Origin: Candidatus Chisholmbacteria bacterium RIFCSPHIGHO2_01_FULL_52_32
GTDB lineage: Bacteria > Patescibacteriota > Microgenomatia > UBA1400 > Chisholmbacteraceae
Assembly: GCA_001816585.1 (NCBI GenBank)
Contig: MHCJ01000003.1
Location: 650,681 to 714,680 of the forward strand
Reading direction: 5' to 3'
DNA length: 64,000 nt
The position numbers and the translations under genes were made by a program. The notes beneath the pieces were generated by a model. It was given only the letters and a program-made list of their open reading frames with translations, was not told the DNA's origin and did not search any database. Positions 56,669-64,000 of the stretch are shown one piece after another. Each line of letters begins with the position of its first letter. The stretch's first letter is position 1.

Positions 56669-56795
56669 GGGGGAATGAGGGATGTTAAGGGTAAAGTTAA
56701 GGGAGGTTAAGGGGAAATTAAGGGTAGTTAAGGCCCCGGTGAGATAGGACTTCGTCCATCTCACGGGGTCGGAGAGAAGTTAAGGGAAATTAACG
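56667..56795 (+). repeat. GTTAAGGG tract with embedded hairpin
   Basis: CCCCGGTGAGAT..ATCTCACGGGG at 56734-56768. Confidence 0.8.
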
Positions 56796-56804
56796 AGAGC
56801 AGAC

Positions 56805-57875
56805 TCATTCTTGGTCGATTCTCTCGAGTTTCCCGAGGAGTTTGAGGGCTTCGGATTTTTTGGCTTCGGTCACTTCGACGGCAACAATTCCGTGTTGGAA
56901 ATGACCGTACACGACCACCGCTCCGAGCGGAGAAAGGAGGACCGCGGGAAGGACGGCGAGGTCCTCTTCCCCATCGATTTGAATTACCGCCGGTTGCTCC
57001 TTTAGCATTGCTTTCTGAATGGCATTCACCAATGCCGGGAGGATGATCCCCGGCGGATTTGCTGCCCTGTATACGTTCCGCTTCTCCAGGCTGCCCAGAT
57101 CGGAAATCTTCTCAAAACGCTTTTTCCGGTTTACTTTTAAGTCCGCGACAATAAGCTTCGGTGAAACACCCGCTCTGAGAAATCCGTAGCTCACCAAATC
57201 CCCTACGCTGGTCAACGGCCGGAGCCCGCGTGCTTCGATAAACTGAATTGTCTGGTTGATGCCAGTTTCGAGATTGGATGGGTTTGTCGGGATGATGTTA
57301 CCGAAAGGTGTTCTGAATTTCGGCAGTAAACTTCCCGGAACCTCTGCTGGGGTGGCTGCGAGAAGGACCGAGGCAAAATGAATGCCTTCGCGATCTATCT
57401 CGCCGTCACGGATGCGGCGAGAGGAGATGATCTTCCCGTCAAGAGCCCGGATCAACGGATAGCGGATGAGTTTTAGCGGCCTTAAGCCTTGTTCCATCCG
57501 CTTCCGGTTCAGGACCCTTCCTCCTTCTTTTGTGTTATCAGTGATGAGGAGAGCTTCGAGTGAGTCGTCGCTCACCGTTTTACCAAAAGGATCTTCAAGG
57601 GTAATGATGTCATAGGTCTTCAGGAGACGGTTCCGGCTTAGGTAGTCCACGACACCCTTCATTCTCACCTTGAATGACTCGAGCCTGGGGTCTTTATGGA
57701 TCCTGAAGGCCAATGCGTCGCTGGTTATGCCGACGGTTACCTTCGAGGACAGCTCAAACGCCCGGTTTAGCAGTCCCCGGTGGCCCCGGTGGAGATGATC
57801 GAAGGTGCCACCGAGCGCAAGATGGGCAAGCTTTTTTACCTTGGTTTGATGGTTACCGGAGCTGGTTTTGGACAT
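56805..57875 (-). CDS. archaeal/eukaryote-type phosphopantetheine adenylyltransferase fused to DUF359 (GTP-dependent dephospho-CoA kinase-like)
   Basis: GGTFDHLHRGH, ISSRRIR; VGD, NPPG, DGEEDL, VYG. Confidence 0.85.
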   Translation of the reverse strand: MSKTSSGNHQTKVKKLAHLALGGTFDHLHRGHRGLLNRAFELSSKVTVGITSDALAFRIHKDPRLESFKVRMKGVVDYLSRNRLLKTYDIITLEDPFGKTVSDDSLEALLITDNTKEGGRVLNRKRMEQGLRPLKLIRYPLIRALDGKIISSRRIRDGEIDREGIHFASVLLAATPAEVPGSLLPKFRTPFGNIIPTNPSNLETGINQTIQFIEARGLRPLTSVGDLVSYGFLRAGVSPKLIVADLKVNRKKRFEKISDLGSLEKRNVYRAANPPGIILPALVNAIQKAMLKEQPAVIQIDGEEDLAVLPAVLLSPLGAVVVYGHFQHGIVAVEVTEAKKSEALKLLGKLERIDQE

Positions 57876-59286
57876 CGCGGAGTCTTTCCAAGGTTTCCTT
57901 TTTCCCGAGGATTTCGATAGTGTCAAACAAAGGGGGGGTGGCGGTTTTTCCGGTTACGGCTATCCTCACCGTCATAAACAGCCGGGTGGGTGACCAATCC
58001 TTCTCCACAAACGATCTGCCGGTTTCTTCTAACCGCTTGGCTTTGAAGTCTTCCGATTTTATTTTTCCGAGCCCGCCTGTGAAGGCTTGAAGCTTTTGTT
58101 TTGTCTCCGCCCCGGTGTGTTTTGACTGAGACAGGACCTCTTCTTTTGGCACTTCCGGACGCGTGACGAAGAATTCGGTTTGGTCGTTAAACTCGGAAAG
58201 GAGTCGGATCCTTTCTCTCACGAGCGGAAGAACCCGACGGGCGAGCGTCGGGGTCATACCTTTGGGGGTAAACGGAGAGAGCTCAGTAAGAAGATCGCTG
58301 TCGTCCATCTCGCGAATATACGCCCCGTTGAGCCAGCGAAGTTTTTCCAAATCAAAGATCGGGGCAGTCGTCTTTACCTTATCCAAAGAAAAGTTGGCAA
58401 TAAAATCTTCCCGGGAAAACTTGTCCAACTCTTGCGGATGCGCCCAGCCCATGAGAGAGAGATAATTCAGCAGAGCCTGCGGAAGATAGCCTTGTTCCTG
58501 ATACCAGAGAATGGAAACCGGATTCCGGCGCTTCGAAAGTTTTGAGCGATCGGGATTCCGAAGGAGCGGCGTATGTGCAAAAACAGGCGGCTTCCAGCCA
58601 AACGCCCCATAGAGCATGAGGTGTTTTGGTGTTGAGGAAATCCATTCTTCCCCCCGAATCACATGGGAGATGTCCATGCGATGATCATCAACCACCACGG
58701 CCAAGTGGTAGGTCGGGTAGCCGTCCGACTTTACCAGAACCTGATCGTCGATCGAACTGTTCTCAAATGCAATGGTTCCGCGAATGGCGTCGTCCCACTG
58801 TGTTTTGCCTTCCCTGATAACTTTAAGACGTATGACGTGGGGTTCAAGTTTTTCTCTTTCCTTTGCGATCGCGGGTTTAAGTTTCCGACACGTCCCATCG
58901 TACATCGGGATTTTTCCTTCCTTCGTTTGGCGCTCCCGCATTTCCGTCAGTCTGGCCTGAGAACAAAAACAGTAATACGCGTTTCCTTTTTCGACCAATT
59001 CTTCGGCGTGTTGCCGGTAGAGTGCCAGGCGTTTCGACTGGACGTATGGAGCATAGGGGCCTCCGACATCGGGGCCTTCGTCGTAGTCGAGACCCAGCCA
59101 GTGCATTGCGTCGAAGATGATTTTCTCGGCCCCGGGAACGTAGCGCTCCCGATCGGTATCTTCAATGCGAAGGATAAACTTCCCACCGTTTGCCCGGGCA
59201 AAGGCAAAATTCAACAGGCCGATGTAGGCGGTGCCGATATGGGCAATGCCCGTCGGGCTTGGGGCGATGCGGGTGCGGACGGTCAT
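57853..59286 (-). CDS. gltX: glutamate--tRNA ligase
   Basis: RIAPSPTG, HIGT, LRIEDTD, KLSKR. Confidence 0.97.
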   Translation of the reverse strand: MTVRTRIAPSPTGIAHIGTAYIGLLNFAFARANGGKFILRIEDTDRERYVPGAEKIIFDAMHWLGLDYDEGPDVGGPYAPYVQSKRLALYRQHAEELVEKGNAYYCFCSQARLTEMRERQTKEGKIPMYDGTCRKLKPAIAKEREKLEPHVIRLKVIREGKTQWDDAIRGTIAFENSSIDDQVLVKSDGYPTYHLAVVVDDHRMDISHVIRGEEWISSTPKHLMLYGAFGWKPPVFAHTPLLRNPDRSKLSKRRNPVSILWYQEQGYLPQALLNYLSLMGWAHPQELDKFSREDFIANFSLDKVKTTAPIFDLEKLRWLNGAYIREMDDSDLLTELSPFTPKGMTPTLARRVLPLVRERIRLLSEFNDQTEFFVTRPEVPKEEVLSQSKHTGAETKQKLQAFTGGLGKIKSEDFKAKRLEETGRSFVEKDWSPTRLFMTVRIAVTGKTATPPLFDTIEILGKKETLERLRDVQNQLR

Positions 59287-59662
59287 CTGTTTGATCCCTT
59301 GTCCCGTACAAAAACTTGAATTTCCACTCACTGCTGATTTAGCCGCATTGGAAATCAGGTTTTTTTTACGGGACTGCGGTCACAAGCTTTGCTTGTTCTC
59401 TTGCCCCATATAATAAACTTGATTATCTACTGACTGCATATTCTGCCGTATTAGATTTCATGTTTTTTAACGGGGCTTCGATCACTCGGGCGGAGTACCA
59501 CCCGGGTTCTCTTGCATTCTAGCAGAGGATACCGCTATACTCAAAGGAGAAAATAGGGGGTAGGAGCTAGGGGTTAGGGTATAGGGTTTAGGGTTAAAGA
59601 ATTGAGCTTCAAGATTTAAGAATTGAACATTAAACATTGAATATTAAACATTGATCTTTGGC

Positions 59663-60706
59663 ATGGCAACCCTCACCGAAGCCTCCTACTATTCGAGAAA
59701 TATCATCAAGTACGGCTCAATTGTTGTCGTTATCTTACTTGCTATTCGGATCGGGGTAGCTGTTTTTACTACGTGGTGGAAGCGGCTTCATCCGCCTCCC
59801 CCGCCTCCGGTGACCGTGGAGTTCGGAAAATTGCCGGCCCTCTTCCCGTCTACGGAGAAACCGGAAATCAAATTTCGTTTGGAGACGGCTACGGGAAAAC
59901 TCGGTGAATTCGGCCCGCAAGCCCTGGTCTACCTCATTCCGGCAAAGCGAGGGAATCTGCTGGCGCTTGAGCGGGCAACCGATCTTGCTAAAAAGATGGA
60001 ATTCATATCCGAACCGACAAATTCAGGGACCCTTTATCGGTGGACAAAGGATAAGCCCCTTCCCTCCTCTCTGGAGATTGATATTGTGAGCGGCGATTTC
60101 ACTTTCGATGCGAATTGGAGGGTTGAGCCACAGCTTCTGACGACCTCCATCGCACCTTCCGAATCCGAGGCTATCGCTTCAGCCCGAGGTTGGCTATCCG
60201 GCATGGGACTTTTAGAGGATGATTTGGAAGTCGGGGAGACGCGTGTCACCTACCTAAAGGTGTTGGGGACGGATGTTGTCATAGCAGCTTCACCATCCGA
60301 GGCGCAGTTTGTCCGCGTGGACCTGTTTCGGGTTAATTTAGAGGATGCCCGTATCCTACCCTCAAACCCGGATGATGGCCTGGTGTTTGTCGTTGCATTG
60401 GGTTCCAGATACGGAAGATCCCAGGTGGTCCACGGTGAATACCGATATTTCCCGGTTGATTACACACAAACCGCTACCTATCCGTTGATTTCGGTTGATA
60501 CCGCCTGGAAACGTCTCGCGGAAGGAAAGGCTTTCTTGGCTATCCTGCCGAAGGATCTTTCGGAGATCGCGATTCGTAAGGTTAGCTTGGACTATTTTGA
60601 TCCTCCTGAAGCCGGTCTCTTCCTCCAGCCTATCTTTGTGTTTGAAGGTGATGGGGGTTTTGTGGGGTATGTGGCGGCAGTTTCGGATGAGTGGATACAG
60701 GAATAA
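59663..60706 (+). CDS. membrane-anchored hypothetical protein
   Basis: TM, PPPPP..FGKLP, LQPIFVFEG. Confidence 0.8.
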   Translation: MATLTEASYYSRNIIKYGSIVVVILLAIRIGVAVFTTWWKRLHPPPPPPVTVEFGKLPALFPSTEKPEIKFRLETATGKLGEFGPQALVYLIPAKRGNLLALERATDLAKKMEFISEPTNSGTLYRWTKDKPLPSSLEIDIVSGDFTFDANWRVEPQLLTTSIAPSESEAIASARGWLSGMGLLEDDLEVGETRVTYLKVLGTDVVIAASPSEAQFVRVDLFRVNLEDARILPSNPDDGLVFVVALGSRYGRSQVVHGEYRYFPVDYTQTATYPLISVDTAWKRLAEGKAFLAILPKDLSEIAIRKVSLDYFDPPEAGLFLQPIFVFEGDGGFVGYVAAVSDEWIQE

Positions 60707-60765
60707 TATAAGTTAAAAGTGAAAGGTGAAAAGTGAAAAGTTCAATATTAGAAGTTTTTACTACC

Positions 60766-61779
60766 TCATTGTCCTTCCCCCTCACTTAGTAATTCATCCA
60801 AAGTCTTCCAGGTGTGAGCGCTGTAGGCCCATTCGATAAGCCTCTCGGAATCCCCGAAGCGATTTGCGCTGCCTAAGACAACGGCGATGATTTCTTTTCC
60901 ATCCCTTATCGTGTCCGTGACTAAACATTCGCCTGCCAGTTCGGTCCAGCCCGTTTTCACACCGCGGATGCCTTCAACCTCGCCTAACAACTCGTTTTTA
61001 TTCTCAAGCGGATGGACCCGTTGGGCGTCTACGTCGGTCACGACAGCAGTTTTGGTACCGACAATTTTGGCGAAGGTTGTATCTTTCATTGCCACGCTTG
61101 CGAGTCTGGCTAAATCCAAGACAGTGGTATAGTGGCCGTTCTGCTCCACCCCTGAAACATTGCGAAAGCGGGTGTTTTCCAGATGGATCTCTCTTGCCAA
61201 TGCGTTCATCTGATCAACGAAGGCGTAGTACCCGCCCGGATAATTTTCTGCTAAGGCGAACGCCGCATCATTTCCGGATTCAAGCAGGAGACCATAGAGA
61301 AGGTTTTCTACCGTCATCCGTTCACCCGGAACAAGGTTCATGGTTTGGCCGATTGCCCGATCTGCCTGCTTGACCGTGATCACTTGATCGAGGGGATAGG
61401 CTTTCAGGACAACCAGTGCCGTCATGATTTTGGTTGTCGACGCAGGAAACAGCTGCTGGGTGGGATTTTTGGTGTAGAGGACAACCGCAGATCCGACATC
61501 GACCACCGCTCCGGCGCGAGCAGAGATGGCGGGTTTTGCGATCCCCTCGATTGGGACCGGGTACGGGGAGACCGGAGGAAGTTCAAAGGGAATGGGGCGG
61601 AGGCTCGATTGATCCGGGATAAGGCTTAAATCCTGATAGTATCCGTTTCCCGGCAGGAAAAGGAGGATAAGACCCAGGGCGATGAACGCCGGTCTTTTCC
61701 TTAGTGAAAATGCTTTCTTTGTAAATAGGAGAAGACTTTCCCGGAGGGTTGTTCGTTTTTTCCGTCCATGTCTTGCCAT
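60766..61779 (-). CDS. D-alanyl-D-alanine carboxypeptidase (peptidase S11)
   Basis: PASTTK (SxxK), SGN, KTG. Confidence 0.93.
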   Translation of the reverse strand: MARHGRKKRTTLRESLLLFTKKAFSLRKRPAFIALGLILLFLPGNGYYQDLSLIPDQSSLRPIPFELPPVSPYPVPIEGIAKPAISARAGAVVDVGSAVVLYTKNPTQQLFPASTTKIMTALVVLKAYPLDQVITVKQADRAIGQTMNLVPGERMTVENLLYGLLLESGNDAAFALAENYPGGYYAFVDQMNALAREIHLENTRFRNVSGVEQNGHYTTVLDLARLASVAMKDTTFAKIVGTKTAVVTDVDAQRVHPLENKNELLGEVEGIRGVKTGWTELAGECLVTDTIRDGKEIIAVVLGSANRFGDSERLIEWAYSAHTWKTLDELLSEGEGQ

Positions 61780-61829
61780 CGGAGGGAATGGATTTTCGGC
61801 TACCCTTTCTGTTTGAACGGTTGATTATT

Positions 61830-62010
61830 ACGAGTTTCGTTTAATACGGAGATCGCACAACAGAAATTTGCTCGGTCGCATAAGGTTCGGTCTTGGTTAG
61901 CTTTTCGTGTTCTGGATGCTCGCCAGTCCGCCAGCTGGCGGACTGGCCTTGCTCCCAGCGCAAATTTGTTCCGCGCTCTCCTTCTGATGGTTGCTAGGTA
62001 CGAAACTCGT
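61830..62010. repeat. inverted-repeat-bounded element, copy 2, with nested REP-like hairpin
   Basis: Outer ACGAGTTTCGT/ACGAAACTCGT; GAGATCGC..AAATTT...AAATTTGTTCCGCGCTCTC; inner GCCAGTCCGCCAGCTGGCGGACTGGC. Confidence 0.75.
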
Positions 62011-62012
62011 GA

Positions 62013-63425
62013 TTATTTTTCTTTCTTATTACTTTCTACAACCTTCAAATGTAACTCCTTAAGCTGTTGCGGTTCCACTACGGACGGCGCATCCATGACC
62101 GATGTTTGTCCGGATGCGGACGTGGGAAATGCCATCACTTCCCGTACACTGGGTTCGCCTAAGATCGCCATGAGAATGCGATCGACGCCGGGAGCAATCC
62201 CACCATGAGGCGGCACCCCATAGGTAAATGCAGTAAGCATATGTTCAAACTGTTTCTTCTGCTCTTTTGTAAATCCGATAAGGTCAAACACTTTATCTTG
62301 TACTTCGCGTTGATGGATACGAATACTTCCCCCACCCACCTCAAAACCATTCAGTACGAGATCGTGCTGCAGCCCCCGTACTTTCAGAGGGTCTTTATCG
62401 AGAAGCGGAATATCGTCCGGGTGCGGTGCAGTAAACATGTGGTGGGAGGGGGCAAATTTCGCTTGCCCCGACCCGTAGTAAAAATCTTCTTTTGATTGCT
62501 CTGCAAAAAGCGGAAAGTCAATCGTCCAACTAAATGCAAGCTCCTGCACATCGTTTTTATCTTTGCGCAAGTCGGGTTTGTCCGTACCATACTTCTGTCT
62601 GACTTGGTTGTGTGAGAATCTGGGCCAGGGTGTTTGCGTCATATGTTTATCAGGAAAAAGGTCTTTGACAAGCCTCGTAAACAGCTCTTCCGTGAGCGTA
62701 AGGATGTCGTTTTGCGTAACAAATGACATTTCAAGATCGAGCTGCGTAAATTCCCCATACGCTCTGTCTTTCCTCGGATCTTCATCGCGGAAACAACGAG
62801 CTATCTGAAAGTAGCGTTCCAATCCCGCAACCATGAGGAGCTGTTTATATTGCTGAGGCGATTGCGGAAGCGCATAGAATTTACCCTTTTTCAAACGCGA
62901 AGGAACAATAAAGTCCCGGGCGCCTTCCGGGGTCGTTTTTGTAAGGATTGGTGTTTCTACTTCTACAAAATCCCTGTCAAGAAGGAAGTTCCGTATATAG
63001 GCAACAACTTTGGAGCGCAACCGTAGATTTTTTGCCATCCGCGGACGACGAATATCGAGGTAGCGGTACTTTGATCGAATTTCCTCGTCTATCTCGTAGC
63101 CGTCCGTATCGATGGGAAAGGGGAGCTCTTTGGAGTGACTGAGCACGGTGACTTTGCGGGCTTCAACCTCTACTTTTCCGGTTTCGATTTTGGGATTTTG
63201 AAGATTTGCCGGCCTGTCTTTCACAAGGCCGCTTACGTCTACGACGTCTTCAATGCGAAGGTCCTTCAACACGTCTCCGCCAACAATTTGAACGATACCG
63301 CTGCGATCACGAAGGTCAATGAAGACGAGCTTTCCGTGGTCCCTGCGGGCATGCACCCAGCCTGAAAGACGAACAATCTGGTTTACCAGCTTTAGTGTGT
63401 CTCTGACAAGCACGCGCTGTGTCAT
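62013..63425 (-). CDS. aspS: aspartate--tRNA ligase (short form)
   Basis: FIDLRDRSG, TPEGARDF, LPQSPQ, FRDED, PPHGG. Confidence 0.96.
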   Translation of the reverse strand: MTQRVLVRDTLKLVNQIVRLSGWVHARRDHGKLVFIDLRDRSGIVQIVGGDVLKDLRIEDVVDVSGLVKDRPANLQNPKIETGKVEVEARKVTVLSHSKELPFPIDTDGYEIDEEIRSKYRYLDIRRPRMAKNLRLRSKVVAYIRNFLLDRDFVEVETPILTKTTPEGARDFIVPSRLKKGKFYALPQSPQQYKQLLMVAGLERYFQIARCFRDEDPRKDRAYGEFTQLDLEMSFVTQNDILTLTEELFTRLVKDLFPDKHMTQTPWPRFSHNQVRQKYGTDKPDLRKDKNDVQELAFSWTIDFPLFAEQSKEDFYYGSGQAKFAPSHHMFTAPHPDDIPLLDKDPLKVRGLQHDLVLNGFEVGGGSIRIHQREVQDKVFDLIGFTKEQKKQFEHMLTAFTYGVPPHGGIAPGVDRILMAILGEPSVREVMAFPTSASGQTSVMDAPSVVEPQQLKELHLKVVESNKKEK

Positions 63426-63435
63426 GTGGTTCCTT

Positions 63436-64000
63436 TCACCCGACGCTCCGGCGCAGGCGGCATGCCTTTTCTACGTATCGCCTCAGCGTTTTCGTGCCGG
63501 TTTTGCCCCGTAAGGCCGTGATTATCTTTATTACAAGCATACAATGTTCTTCGTGTTTTGAGTATGCGTCCCCATTTAGGTACTCCCGAATGATTTTGGC
63601 ATCTTCCTGAACGGCTTGCCAAGCTGAATTTTCCTTGGCTAAATAGCTGACTGCCTGATCATTGTAATACGAAAGGGCTTTGGTTAAATCGCGGCGAAGA
63701 TTTTTGTACTCCGCTTCCAATATCGGCAGCAGGCCCAACCTCATGGCTTCTTTGAGACCGCGACCGGTGCCGATCAGCTCCGGCGGCGTTCCCAGAGAAT
63801 AGAGCGCTCCCGTAAAAGGAATAGCCCGCGGAAGTGACACTTTACCCATGCCCCGGGAATACCCGAAAAGCCCGACGTGGAGTATTCTCTCTCTTCTTTT
63901 GGGCATCAGCGAGGCAATACTGTTCACCGCTGCGGCAAGCTGCTCGACCGTCTGGCGGTACGGCCGGGCGAAGATCCCGCAGAGGATTTTTAACTGTTTA
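63436..64000 (-). CDS. ppcA: archaeal-type phosphoenolpyruvate carboxylase, C-terminal part (runs off window end)
   Basis: RERILHVGLFGYSR..LPRAIPFTGALYSLGTPPELIG, C-terminal RRSVG. Confidence 0.9.
   Translation of the reverse strand, partial: KQLKILCGIFARPYRQTVEQLAAAVNSIASLMPKRRERILHVGLFGYSRGMGKVSLPRAIPFTGALYSLGTPPELIGTGRGLKEAMRLGLLPILEAEYKNLRRDLTKALSYYNDQAVSYLAKENSAWQAVQEDAKIIREYLNGDAYSKHEEHCMLVIKIITALRGKTGTKTLRRYVEKACRLRRSVG

Overview
Bacterial chromosomal segment whose gene content and style (short intergenic regions, many single-domain receivers, archaeal-type PEP carboxylase and PPAT/DUF359 fusion, PaaX/Cas2-like gene) suggest Patescibacteria (CPR), probably Microgenomates; this is inference. 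Housekeeping genes lie at both ends (lon, dtd, era, tRNA-Gln; gltX, D,D-carboxypeptidase, aspS, ppcA). In between are two histidine-kinase/receiver clusters, four type II toxin-antitoxin pairs plus a Fic protein, a copper/heavy-metal operon (48.6-56.2 kb) and an AT-rich defence-like island (29.5-36 kb: GHKL ATPase operon, LexA-DNA methyltransferase fusion, type II REase). The most striking unexplained structure is at about 21.5-29.5 kb. There, unrelated small genes and a TA pair are separated by a mosaic of three palindromic repeat families, including ten co-oriented copies of an exactly 36-bp imperfect palindrome, two of which tightly bracket a wHTH-Cas2-like (PaaX-like) gene. No integrase, transposase or cas1 is present in the window. 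Product calls come from motif recognition by eye, with no database searches.
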